Notes under the pieces: generated by a model
The model's input: only the letters and a program-made list of their open reading frames with translations
Database searches by the model: none
Told to the model about the DNA's origin: nothing
Virus record (IMG/VR): IMGVR_UViG_3300028586_000785
Length of the DNA: 64,000 nt
DNA from: an uncultured virus (IMG/VR IMGVR_UViG_3300028586_000785)
Lineage: Duplodnaviria; Heunggongvirae; Uroviricota; Caudoviricetes
Reading direction: 5' to 3' (one strand)
Part shown: positions 20,654 to 30,582 of the stretch, piece after piece
How positions within the stretch are numbered: the first letter of the stretch is position 1
Layout: every line of letters starts with the position of its first letter
Position numbers and translations under genes: made by a program

Positions 20654-23600
20654 TTACTGACCTGTATTTCTACCAGGGAACCAGTTTGCGATAGTACGCT
20701 GTAGGTTTTCCATTGAGGCAACCTGCATTTCGGCAATGTCTCTTTGCTCGCTGGTTGTCTGTCGTAGCGAATCACTCTGGTCTGCTACAGAATGCTGAAT
20801 GCTACGACCGAGAGCGTCAAATCTCTCGAACGAAGGCTCCATAACCTCGCTCATTGCACTACGAACAGAAGACCCAATCTCACCAGGCAAGTTGCTCATA
20901 GCCCTGGTTAGACCCTCAGAACCTTCGAATCCTGCTGCGGCATAGTTACCACCGTTGCTGAGTCCGGCAGTAGAAACATCCTCTGCCATTCCCGGAGCTT
21001 CGAACTCTGAGCCAACTGCGGCGCGGAGGTTTTCGGAACGAGCATCGTTGTTATCAACGCTACCAATTCTGCTTCCCTCTGCACTGCCGTTGTTGGTTGT
21101 GTTGGTGGTGTTGTCGTTGTTCGTGATGTTTGTAACACCAGCGAATGCACCTCCTGCAACACCAGCGCCGGTAGCCTCGGCATTGTCAGCTTCCTGACCA
21201 ACACCGTTGGAGAGAGCGACACCCTCACCAGTCTGGATACCGCCGACACCTTGTGACTGCTCACCAGCCTCACGCTGAATACGTTCGAGAGCAATAGCCT
21301 TGACGTTTGCCTCACCAGTTTGCTCTCCCTTTTCATTAGGAAGCTCTTCATTGGTGATGGCGTTATCGAAGAATCCTCGACGTGCATTTTCGTTTTCAGC
21401 AGTTTCGGCAGGAGCACCCTCAAGCTGAGTTGCGGCACCTGCGCCCATTGCGCCAACTGCGCCTCGGACCATTTCTTCATCACCGTTGAACTCGCCCTCG
21501 TCCATTTGACGTTCGAGGTCGGCGGTGCTACGAGAATTGATCTCTCTTGTAACATCTTCCGCTGGGATGCCAGCCTGGCTACGTACAGCCTCAGACTTCT
21601 CAGCAGCCTCTTGTCTCTGCTGAGCAGTGAGTAGAGCATCATTAGCGACAGGAGCCTCAGGGTTTGCACCGTTAGGACCATCAGTCTGGTTCTTGTTCAT
21701 GCCATCACCGATGGTACCAGGGGTGGTTTTCGCCATAACCCCAGGTGTCTCGATGAGAGAACCAGCAGCACCAGCAGGAAGACCGCCAGTTGCGCTGTCA
21801 GCAGCTACAGGAGGTAGGTCGCCATTTCCGTTTGCAGGACCGGTACCGGCTGCACCGGCAACTCCAGCAGCAACAGCCGCTTCCTTGACTGCATCTGCCG
21901 TATCCTTCTTGGTGTTCGGGTCTTCGGCGGTTTCCTTGTTCTCTTCTGCACGCTGAGGCATGTCAGGCTGACGTGGCTCTTTGTCATCGGCAGTGTTCTT
22001 GCCAAGACCATCAGGAAGGTTGGTGTTACCGAACGAAGGCTGAGGGCGCATACCCTTTAGCTGTCCGAAGCCCATCTCTCTCATGGAACCACCATTGACT
22101 GCGGAAGAAGCCATGTTCTGACCAACTGACATAGCTCCGCGTACGGTAGTAACGTCAGCCTTGAAGACATCTCGAAGGAGCTTCTTGGTTCCGTAGAAGG
22201 CGACACCAATAGCAACGGCGTTCAGGATTGCTGTAACGAACGTTCCTAGCGGGGTTCCGTCTCCTGTGAAAGCGCTCACGTTCAGAACAGAAGAGTTCAG
22301 AACACTGTCGAACGCAATGCTGAGAAGGTTGATGATGGCAATAGCAATCGCAATGAATGCTACGAAGATCAACTGAACCATCTTGGAAGAGAGGAACAAC
22401 TTACCGACAGTTGCTAGCGCTCGTCTACCCGCACGGATTGGCAGGATTAGCACCAACAGAACTGCGGGGAATGCGATGAGAGCAAGCACTGAAATCATCT
22501 GCAAGATAAGTGCACCAAGCTGCATAGGTAGCAGACCAACGGACATCATAACAGTTCCGACAACAGCGACAATTGCTGCTGGCCAGACCATTCCTGAGGC
22601 TGAACCGTAGGTCATCTTGAAGAAGTCAATAGCCTCCGTTGTTGTTACGTCATCATTAGCAAGCTGTGCTGACGTGTTTGCAGGTACAGAGAACCCAATG
22701 AAGAACAAGGTGAATACTTCATCATCTGTAGTCCAAGCGAACGGGCTGAGAAGATCCATAGGGTCTCCACCAAGAATTCCGCCTGTAGCAGAATCGTTGT
22801 TGTTCTTTGCACCAAATGCCCAACCACCAGTGTCATCGTTAATCTGGAGAACTTTTTGACAGTTCTCATCAGTCAACTCGTCGCCAGTTTCTCCGCTCGG
22901 CTTGTCATCATCATCAACCTTGGTTCCCAAAGCACCCTTGAATGCATTGGATACCCTTAGGTTGTTTCCATCGAACGCACATGCTGCCCAGTAGAACTTG
23001 AACGCGGTAGTGCCCTTTGCGGTTGCGAGGTTAGTTCCGAAGAATCCAGCAAGCTGGCTCTTACCCTCTTCGCCATTCTTGAAAGAACCATCGGCATTAA
23101 GGAAGGCACCATTGTTGCCGTTATTGAGCGCGTAGTTGTACAAACCAGCCTCACGGGAGAGGTATGCCTGCTCTACGGGGTCAGAACCACGAGCAGACTC
23201 CCACATACGGCACCAAGAAGCCTCACCAGATGCAGTGGAACCATAAGATGCTTCTGCTGCTGGCTTGTAGAGGACTCTGAATACGAGGTTGTCGTAGGAC
23301 ATGATCGAGCGGACACTTGTGTCTGCAATTCCATTGAAAGCGTTGCCCTTGAGCATTCTTTCAGCAACTGGATGCATACCGTTAGTTACATAACGAGAAC
23401 AGTCGGAACCGGTCGTTACGTTACTTGTGCTATTACCACTAGCTACATTCCCGATAGACGTGCTGATAGTTGAGATAACGCCACCAGCGATATTGACTAC
23501 TTGGTTCACCGCGTCACTAGCGAGAGTTAGACCAGATCCAAATGACCAAGGTGCATAGCTCTTCCAGTCACCCGTATCAACATCGACATTAGCGCTAGCG

Positions 23601-24424
23601 CCCTTACCAAATGGAATGGTGTTGGTAGATCCGTTTAGCGCATCGACTTGATACCTGCTGCTGTTGTCCCAGTTCTTAGAAGACGCGGAAGAAATGAACA
23701 TGAGGGCAGCAATAGCTCCACCCGAGATAACGAGATCTCCCAATAGAGATGAGTCTTTTCTTGCAAGCGGCGAAAGTCGCACAGCAGTAGCTACCGCAAA
23801 CAGAGCGATGGCAATGAAGAATGGTGATGCACCACTTAGCGCACCTGATGTACCCGCCGATGAAGTCAACCAGCTACCTGCCAATTGAGAGAAGAACCAG
23901 TCAATAGTAGGCATGAATGAAGACAGAAGGTCGAGGCTCGTGATGAGGATCATGAGCAGACCAATAGCCAGAAGCACAATTGCTCCGACTGTAAACATCA
24001 GGTTAGCCAGCGATACGAAAGCTGCTACAACCAACGAGCCAATGTTTGCGAACCCGACTGCGGGAACGGGCAATAGGGTAACTGTTGACCAACGCGCAAA
24101 AGTAAAGTAGCTCAGACCCTGAAGACCATTTGAGCCACCATTCACTGATGCTGCTAGGTCAGGAACGCTGTTGTAGGAAGCTGACGCAGCCGCGCCAGAT
24201 TCATTGATGCCCGCGCTCTGCATCGCAGAAGACAAAGATGTCTGGTATGCAGTAGCCGCCGTTGCGCTATTGCTCACTGTGGACACAGTGCTAGATGATG
24301 CCATCGAGGCGCTCGGGTCGCTAGTCAGCGTACTCGTGACTGCGATACCAAGGACCGCAACAGCCACGAACATGTAGACGAAAAGACGCTGGCTTTTAAT
24401 CCCTCTTAGTACCTTACGAATCAC
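20654..24424 (-). CDS. Large polytopic conjugation membrane protein (VirB6/TcpH-like) with low-complexity C-terminal tail
   Basis: N-terminal signal/TM, two multi-TM blocks flanking a Cys-containing extracellular domain, G/A/N/E-rich tail; lies in the VirB4/VirD4 cluster. Confidence 0.65.
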   Translation of the reverse strand: MIRKVLRGIKSQRLFVYMFVAVAVLGIAVTSTLTSDPSASMASSSTVSTVSNSATAATAYQTSLSSAMQSAGINESGAAASASYNSVPDLAASVNGGSNGLQGLSYFTFARWSTVTLLPVPAVGFANIGSLVVAAFVSLANLMFTVGAIVLLAIGLLMILITSLDLLSSFMPTIDWFFSQLAGSWLTSSAGTSGALSGASPFFIAIALFAVATAVRLSPLARKDSSLLGDLVISGGAIAALMFISSASSKNWDNSSRYQVDALNGSTNTIPFGKGASANVDVDTGDWKSYAPWSFGSGLTLASDAVNQVVNIAGGVISTISTSIGNVASGNSTSNVTTGSDCSRYVTNGMHPVAERMLKGNAFNGIADTSVRSIMSYDNLVFRVLYKPAAEASYGSTASGEASWCRMWESARGSDPVEQAYLSREAGLYNYALNNGNNGAFLNADGSFKNGEEGKSQLAGFFGTNLATAKGTTAFKFYWAACAFDGNNLRVSNAFKGALGTKVDDDDKPSGETGDELTDENCQKVLQINDDTGGWAFGAKNNNDSATGGILGGDPMDLLSPFAWTTDDEVFTLFFIGFSVPANTSAQLANDDVTTTEAIDFFKMTYGSASGMVWPAAIVAVVGTVMMSVGLLPMQLGALILQMISVLALIAFPAVLLVLILPIRAGRRALATVGKLFLSSKMVQLIFVAFIAIAIAIINLLSIAFDSVLNSSVLNVSAFTGDGTPLGTFVTAILNAVAIGVAFYGTKKLLRDVFKADVTTVRGAMSVGQNMASSAVNGGSMREMGFGQLKGMRPQPSFGNTNLPDGLGKNTADDKEPRQPDMPQRAEENKETAEDPNTKKDTADAVKEAAVAAGVAGAAGTGPANGNGDLPPVAADSATGGLPAGAAGSLIETPGVMAKTTPGTIGDGMNKNQTDGPNGANPEAPVANDALLTAQQRQEAAEKSEAVRSQAGIPAEDVTREINSRSTADLERQMDEGEFNGDEEMVRGAVGAMGAGAATQLEGAPAETAENENARRGFFDNAITNEELPNEKGEQTGEANVKAIALERIQREAGEQSQGVGGIQTGEGVALSNGVGQEADNAEATGAGVAGGAFAGVTNITNNDNTTNTTNNGSAEGSRIGSVDNNDARSENLRAAVGSEFEAPGMAEDVSTAGLSNGGNYAAAGFEGSEGLTRAMSNLPGEIGSSVRSAMSEVMEPSFERFDALGRSIQHSVADQSDSLRQTTSEQRDIAEMQVASMENLQRTIANWFPGRNTGQ

Positions 24425-24427
24425 GAA

Positions 24428-25054
24428 TTACTCCCAGTTCCTTGCGCGCTTTTGCTGGTAACGCTTAGCCCAGTTTGTCGACTCGGTACGCGGTACTAGA
24501 CTAAGGTACACGAAGTCATTGCGCTCATCTACAGAAGGGGAATAAAACTTGTTCTGAGGTCTCGGCATGGATGTAGACCGCGCCGTTCCAAGCCATTCGA
24601 CGCAGTTGATGGGGATCTTTCGACCGTCAACAGTAGCCATATCACGGGTGATAGACACACCTCTTCCGAAGACGCGACCGATCTCCTTGCTGAGCTTGTC
24701 TCTCTGTACCCACAGGTACTCATTTAGACCCTCACCGCTGTATCGACGGTAAGGGCTGGTGCGTGCAATCTGTCTACCAAGGATGAAACCACCAATAGGT
24801 GCAAGGATCATGAGGTAGTAGGAGACGACATCTCGGATTCCGGGAATGCCAGAGACAGCGCTAATTACACCGAAGATGAGAAGACCAATACCAAGAGTAC
24901 ATATAGCAATCCAGACCATCTCAGCTAGGGATAGACGGATGGTTGACTTCTTGAATAGACGACGCTTTTTGTTTCTCACAACGAAAACTGAGTTCAGACT
25001 CATTACTCCGTTTGCGAGTGCCCTAGATTGGGGCGTAGATGATGATGCTGCCAT
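24428..25054 (-). CDS. Two-TM conjugation protein (PrgI/TcpE/VirB3-like)
   Basis: Two TM helices after a basic N-terminus; position within the T4SS-like cluster. Confidence 0.5.
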   Translation of the reverse strand: MAASSSTPQSRALANGVMSLNSVFVVRNKKRRLFKKSTIRLSLAEMVWIAICTLGIGLLIFGVISAVSGIPGIRDVVSYYLMILAPIGGFILGRQIARTSPYRRYSGEGLNEYLWVQRDKLSKEIGRVFGRGVSITRDMATVDGRKIPINCVEWLGTARSTSMPRPQNKFYSPSVDERNDFVYLSLVPRTESTNWAKRYQQKRARNWE

Positions 25055-25092
25055 TACTTCTCTCGACTCGTAGTGCGTTCATTGTAGAACAC

Positions 25093-25135
25093 CAAAGGGC
25101 GGCGACCAGCCAAATTGACTGATTGCCGCCCTTTG
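25093..25135 (-). terminator. Stem-loop downstream of pilin-like gene (terminator or mRNA stabiliser)
   Basis: CAAAGGGCGGC (25093-25103) / GCCGCCCTTTG (25125-25135) 11-bp inverted repeat. Confidence 0.6.
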
Positions 25136-25165
25136 ATTCTGGTTCTATCAGAGGGTTGGGTAGGG

Positions 25166-25477
25166 TTAGCCGATAGAAACAAATAGGTCAACAACCCAGT
25201 TGCAGATACCGATAATCCAGTTAACGATGTCAGGCAACTGCTTGATGTTGAAGAGTAGAACGATAAGCGCACCGGCACCAAGGAATCCCATGACACCAAT
25301 ACGGCTTAGCTTACGTCCACCACCCTGCTTGGAGGGAAGAGCGAACTGGAAGAGGATGAAGAGAACCCAAATGATACCGAGAACGAAACCGATCTTGGTA
25401 CAAGCATCAACAAGCTCCTGTGGGGGAGTCCAAGAGAACTCTGAAATTGCTGCCGCAGCAGATTGAAGTTTAGACAT
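25166..25477 (-). CDS. Small two-TM protein, VirB2/pilin-like
   Basis: 103 aa; two hydrophobic helices separated by KQGGGRK loop; T4SS context. Confidence 0.55.
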   Translation of the reverse strand: MSKLQSAAAAISEFSWTPPQELVDACTKIGFVLGIIWVLFILFQFALPSKQGGGRKLSRIGVMGFLGAGALIVLLFNIKQLPDIVNWIIGICNWVVDLFVSIG

Positions 25478-25572
25478 TGTGCCCTACACCTTTCGATAGA
25501 CCATCAGGACGACTACTCACAATTATAGGCAAATTCACAGGTAACAATTCACTTTTCGAAGAAAACAGCAAA

Positions 25573-27663
25573 TTACTTTCCTTTTCTTCCAGTGAAGATG
25601 CGTCGAATCCAACCGCCGCCCTTTTTGGGGTTACCGACAGCACGGTAATTGGACCACTGGTGCAACTCTTCAAGAGGAACGATGCCGTTGAAGAACCTAG
25701 CGAACAGCACTACGGCATTCTGGAATGTGTCTGTGTTGGTTAGCGAACCGACCCATCCAGTTGCCCACTCAGGAATGAACGGTAGGTATCCTCCAAGAGC
25801 TAGGGGTGCAAGAACGCCACTATCCTCTACTGCCTTGAACTCAGCAGGACCGGTCTTGTTGAGCAGGACCGTGATAGCAGGCATTGATACTCCCAAACCA
25901 CCCGAGATAACTGGCGTGGTAAGGATTCTTGCCGCCCTCTTGAGGTCATCAATGTGCTCAACACCAGCATCAGAGACGATTACAACACGGTCAGCAGCCT
26001 TTGCAAGCTTCGAGTCCATGATGTCATCATTGCTAATCGTGTCAGCGTCGATGAAGACAATTCCACCCTGCATCTTGGCGTACTGAGCAGCCTGGAAAAC
26101 AGCCTGCTGGATGTACTTGGTGTCTCGCTTGGTGGTGTCATAAGGACACGCAATGATGTTCAAACCGTTTTCGAGTCGGTGAGTTGACTCAGCAATAGCC
26201 TTTGCCTTCAAAGCGGGAAGGTTGCTGACAATACCAGACTGATCATTCAGCCACTCAAGCATAGATGCAAGGTGACCAGAAGTTCTGTCAGGGTCGATGT
26301 TGTGACGCTGAGCAAGCTTAGAGTTTCTGTAGTCAGACTCAATGAGCCATACAGAGGTATCTTCGTTACCAGCACGCTTCATTGACACTGCAACTAGCGA
26401 TGCAAGAGTCCATGCGGTAGTGGTCTTACCTGCTCCACCGTGAGAACCAGTGACGTAGATAATCTTTCCACCGGTACGGCTCTCAAAGTCATTGCTAGAA
26501 CCTGCGGGCATCTGGTCGAACATTGCTCTTTCGCGCTGGAACTGCGAAGGCGTAGGTGCCGGGTTAGGCGACTCCTGAATGAACGAAGACCTCTGTGTGG
26601 GAGGGCTGTACGAGGGTGCAGAAGTAGGTGCCGGTGCATTTACAGGAGAACGCTGCTCAAACTGCTGAGGCTGTTCCTGAGGTGCAGGTGCTTCGTACTG
26701 TGGCTCCTGGAAAGTAGGCTCTTCGGGAGCGTAATACGTTGGCTCTTCTTCAGGGGCATTGTACTGAGGCTCGTTACCAGTGTACTGAGTACCTTCGTAT
26801 ACTGGCTCTTCGAAGACCGGAGGAATACCACCGGGGGTTAGGAAGCTAGCCATAGGTGCAGGTCCAGCAGGCTGTTCCTGTGCATCATCAAGATAGTCCG
26901 TAGGAGGCTCTTCTACAGCAGGAACGCTCTCAGGCTCTACGTAGGAGGGGTACTGAGGCTCATCCTGCTGACCGTAGTTCTGAACGTCTTCAGGTGAGTA
27001 GTTGTTGTACTGAGAATTCTCGAATACGGGTACCTCGGTAGAGTACTGACTTCCTTCATAGTCAGAATCAGCAGCGTACTGAGGCTCAGGCACTGAGTAC
27101 TGAGAATCAGCATAGTTGCTATCATCCTGCGCAAAAGGAAGAGGCGCTACATCAGACGGTGCTTCAAACTGAGGAACTGCCTCGGCATATGAGTCACTGA
27201 CCTGATCCTGGTAGTCAGGCTCAGTAGGCACCTCAAAGGTGGGAACCTCGAAGACCGGATCGGGGGTGTCGTCTACATAAGATGGAACGGCAAACTCGAC
27301 TGGCTCCTGTGGCTCTTCGCTTTCGACCCACTCGCCATCTTCTAGCCAAGCGTTAAGCGCGCTATCGGTGTATGGAGCGGTTGTGAAAGGCTCCCAATCA
27401 AGCTTTACTGCTACACCAACAGAGCGAACTCTCTTGGCTTTCGAGATGGTGTCGTCGTCTGCATCAGCAGATACATACACCTCAGAACCTTCAATGGCTG
27501 TTACCTTGCCATTGACCTTGGTTACTACGAACTGTGCAGCCTCATTGATTGAACCGAAAAATCCTACGCCCTGAGTAGCATCTACTCCGAGTGCACGCGC
27601 AACTCTTTCTAGGTCGGTACCTTGTACCGAACCAAACCCAACAAAAGCTACTTTCTTTGTCAC
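25573..27663 (-). CDS. ParA/MinD/CpaE-like ATPase with long acidic P/E/Q/Y-rich linker
   Basis: IIYVTGSHGGAGKTT deviant Walker A, WLIESD, VFIDAD, VLLNK, C-terminal amphipathic WIRRIF. Confidence 0.75.
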   Translation of the reverse strand: MTKKVAFVGFGSVQGTDLERVARALGVDATQGVGFFGSINEAAQFVVTKVNGKVTAIEGSEVYVSADADDDTISKAKRVRSVGVAVKLDWEPFTTAPYTDSALNAWLEDGEWVESEEPQEPVEFAVPSYVDDTPDPVFEVPTFEVPTEPDYQDQVSDSYAEAVPQFEAPSDVAPLPFAQDDSNYADSQYSVPEPQYAADSDYEGSQYSTEVPVFENSQYNNYSPEDVQNYGQQDEPQYPSYVEPESVPAVEEPPTDYLDDAQEQPAGPAPMASFLTPGGIPPVFEEPVYEGTQYTGNEPQYNAPEEEPTYYAPEEPTFQEPQYEAPAPQEQPQQFEQRSPVNAPAPTSAPSYSPPTQRSSFIQESPNPAPTPSQFQRERAMFDQMPAGSSNDFESRTGGKIIYVTGSHGGAGKTTTAWTLASLVAVSMKRAGNEDTSVWLIESDYRNSKLAQRHNIDPDRTSGHLASMLEWLNDQSGIVSNLPALKAKAIAESTHRLENGLNIIACPYDTTKRDTKYIQQAVFQAAQYAKMQGGIVFIDADTISNDDIMDSKLAKAADRVVIVSDAGVEHIDDLKRAARILTTPVISGGLGVSMPAITVLLNKTGPAEFKAVEDSGVLAPLALGGYLPFIPEWATGWVGSLTNTDTFQNAVVLFARFFNGIVPLEELHQWSNYRAVGNPKKGGGWIRRIFTGRKGK

Positions 27664-27753
27664 TACCCTACCCTAGCCAATTCTCTCGTTCATCTTTCGG
27701 AATCTTAGCAAACCCTTTCACTAAGACTCCGTTTTTGGGGTTATACCCCTTTA

Positions 27754-30510
27754 CTAGTTTGCGTCTGCTTCTTCGAACTCTGAAGTTAGGTCACTGTCCT
27801 CACTCATGATGTCGAGCAATGCTCCGCCATATCCACCAGACTGAGCAGCTTTAGCAAACGACTGCTGAGCCTGAGTTGCGGCGGTCTTCATCTTGTTGGC
27901 AAGACCTTCCTTGTCAGTACGACCGAGGTCAAGCTCATACTGCGGCCAGGGTCCACAGACCAAGCCACCTGCCCAGTTGTAGATGTTGTCGATGTAGTAG
28001 CCGTTAGGAAGTTTGGCACCGCCACGCTTAGGACCAGCTTCGATAATCCATCTTCTGTTAGCTTCGGTATCAGGCAGACCGGTTAGTTCGAAGTACGCGA
28101 GTAGCTCGTTCTCGTCTGCCTCGTTGATAGCCATGAATAGGTAACGGTCGAAGTAGGAGGACATGTTGCTAGCACCATTACCGCTACCAGAACTCTTTTC
28201 AGAGCGGGCATCGATCCAGTCAATGATTCTCTGGGTACCCATGATAAGCATGATGTTAGCCTGTCGCCATTCACGACCACCCTTGGTAAGGATTGCCATA
28301 GCTTCACGGGACTGCTTGAGAACCCACGACTCGTCAACCACAATCGCACCACCCTGACCGCCACCAACTACTTCCGCAGCGTACTTGAACGTAACGTTGA
28401 TGGAAAGAACGGTGTCAATCTCAGGGTCGGTGTAGTCGTTAGATGTCTTGGTGGAATCAGGAAGCTTCATAGAGCTACCCCACTCCATGAGGAACGAACG
28501 ACCACTTGTAATCTGCTTCTGCAATTCAGAGCTAGTTGCGCTTGGTGCTACGAAAGCCTTCCAGAATGCGCTAATGCTCATCTTGCTTCTGATGAAGTCA
28601 CGGATTTCAGCATCGCTAATCTCTTCAGTTCCAGCAGCGGTGTTACCGAAGATAATTTCGAATGTCGTTCTGTTTCTCTTGTCCATCGCACGCTCGTAAA
28701 TCTCAGAAGAGATCTTGGTACGACGCTGGGAAGCGGTTGCTCCACGGTCTTCGTACATACGGTTAGCTGTCAAAACGGCATCAGTAATGAGGTCTGCAAC
28801 GTCCTTACGGTTTCGCAAGAAGAATACCGGGTCAAGAAGACCAGGGTTCTTGTCGAGGTACTCGGTCTCCATAGAGATGGTGATACCGTGGATGTGGTCG
28901 AACGTAGGCTTCAGCGTACCTTCCTTCTTCGGGTTGAAGAAGGCTACAGGAAGACCCATATTTGCGATCTGAATGCTCATCTGTAGCAACTGCTGCGTCT
29001 TACCAGCACCAGGACGACCGGTCACCAACATACCAGGAACGCGGTTGTTCTTTGCGGCACCATCGACCTCAGTCATGATCTCTTCGTAAGAGTGACCTGC
29101 CGTAGCTAGACCAATGAGGATGCCAAAGTTGGCACAAGGCTTGGTGCTACGGAAAAGACCGCTCATAGCGAGCATTCCCGGAAGCATGACGTTCGACAAC
29201 TCAGGACGCTTCGTGTTTCCACGAGGAACACGAAGCGTCTGTCGAGGGTAAGTCGGAAGCGATGCCATGATTCCCAGAGGCTGACGACCAACGAGGAGGT
29301 TTGCCTCCATATCATAGCTCTTCAAGCTGTTGAATAGTTGGTTCGTCTTTCCATCACCCTGGATCTTTGCGCCCATGATGATTTCGAGGTTGTCAAGCAT
29401 TGGAAGCTTGTACTCGTTGATGACATATCTCGCCTGCTCAATAGCATCAAGGTCAGAAATCATTCCAGCGACCTCGTGACGTGAAGTGTCACCTAGACGA
29501 CGACCAGCTTCGTTCTTCTTGATGTTCTTGAGTTCGAGAAGGTTCTCAGCAATCTTTGGTGCACGAATCTGCCCTCTAATGCTAATCATTACCACCTCTG
29601 AGGTGGGACGGTAGAGAGGCTTTGCCCATGCTGCATCTGGGTCCAGCGGGTCTTTCAGGTTTACCCCCTCACGAGGCTTCAAAGCGAATAGCTGAATCTC
29701 CTTGTACTTCGGGGTGATGATGGACATACCCGAAAGCGGTTCCTTCATACGAGTCGTCTGGAGCGAACGGGAGAGGTTGTACTGAGCATCAGAAACACCA
29801 TACCAAGCAGTAAGCTGTTCGAAGTCTTCCGGGTGCTCAATGAAGTCAAGCTCGGTGAATCCTGCACCAAACATGATGTTGTCTACGTCATGTAGGTCAC
29901 GGCTCATAGAAGCTAGGTCTACTTCACCGGGGTTGGTCATGATCTCAATGTATCGACGAATCTTCTCGGTAACGCCGAATGCATCACCGAATAGCGTACC
30001 GGGGATAAGACGGACACCCATGTACTGATGCCAGATGGGGCGACTATAACCATCGGTCATCCTCTTGAGATAGTCACGAGTCTTCTGAGTGATCTTGCCC
30101 TCGCGGTCATCATCTTCATTCAGCACTCGGATACCGGTTGACTCTGACTGAGTAATCTGGATGTGGAAAGGACGACGGATGTCGTTACGAACCTTCTCAA
30201 GCTGCGAGTCCAAGAAACGACCGAACTCGGTAATAGCCTGAGTGAAGAACTTCTGGTTGTAGATGATGTTCTCTGGGTTCTTCAACCACTCTGTCTGTAC
30301 GTCCGAAGGGAACTTGTAGTACTTCCAGATGGAGCCATCATAACCCTCAAAGAGACCATTCTGCCAATGCTCTACGTAAGGCTTTGCATCAACGTGACTA
30401 TCAGACTCTGAACCGTAAGGTCCATGTCCAAGAGACTCTTCATTGCTCTTGATGACGTAATCGATGAAACCTCTCGCGAGGCTCCGCTTCTTGTCGTTCT
30501 CGTTTTCCAT
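27754..30510 (-). CDS. VirB4-like conjugative ATPase
   Basis: 918 aa; Walker A GRPGAGKT, FNPKKE, Walker B VVDESWVL, GREWRQ..LIMGTQ. Confidence 0.8.
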   Translation of the reverse strand: MENENDKKRSLARGFIDYVIKSNEESLGHGPYGSESDSHVDAKPYVEHWQNGLFEGYDGSIWKYYKFPSDVQTEWLKNPENIIYNQKFFTQAITEFGRFLDSQLEKVRNDIRRPFHIQITQSESTGIRVLNEDDDREGKITQKTRDYLKRMTDGYSRPIWHQYMGVRLIPGTLFGDAFGVTEKIRRYIEIMTNPGEVDLASMSRDLHDVDNIMFGAGFTELDFIEHPEDFEQLTAWYGVSDAQYNLSRSLQTTRMKEPLSGMSIITPKYKEIQLFALKPREGVNLKDPLDPDAAWAKPLYRPTSEVVMISIRGQIRAPKIAENLLELKNIKKNEAGRRLGDTSRHEVAGMISDLDAIEQARYVINEYKLPMLDNLEIIMGAKIQGDGKTNQLFNSLKSYDMEANLLVGRQPLGIMASLPTYPRQTLRVPRGNTKRPELSNVMLPGMLAMSGLFRSTKPCANFGILIGLATAGHSYEEIMTEVDGAAKNNRVPGMLVTGRPGAGKTQQLLQMSIQIANMGLPVAFFNPKKEGTLKPTFDHIHGITISMETEYLDKNPGLLDPVFFLRNRKDVADLITDAVLTANRMYEDRGATASQRRTKISSEIYERAMDKRNRTTFEIIFGNTAAGTEEISDAEIRDFIRSKMSISAFWKAFVAPSATSSELQKQITSGRSFLMEWGSSMKLPDSTKTSNDYTDPEIDTVLSINVTFKYAAEVVGGGQGGAIVVDESWVLKQSREAMAILTKGGREWRQANIMLIMGTQRIIDWIDARSEKSSGSGNGASNMSSYFDRYLFMAINEADENELLAYFELTGLPDTEANRRWIIEAGPKRGGAKLPNGYYIDNIYNWAGGLVCGPWPQYELDLGRTDKEGLANKMKTAATQAQQSFAKAAQSGGYGGALLDIMSEDSDLTSEFEEADAN

Positions 30511-30582
30511 ATTGGTCGTATCCTACCCTTAGATTCCAGTTGCCCTAGTGTTTCTATGATTCAGCTTGCTGAGCAAACGCTG

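Noticed and set aside
27664..27753. oriT candidate (GGGGTTATACCCC short inverted repeat)
   Set aside because: Too short, and no known nic consensus to support it
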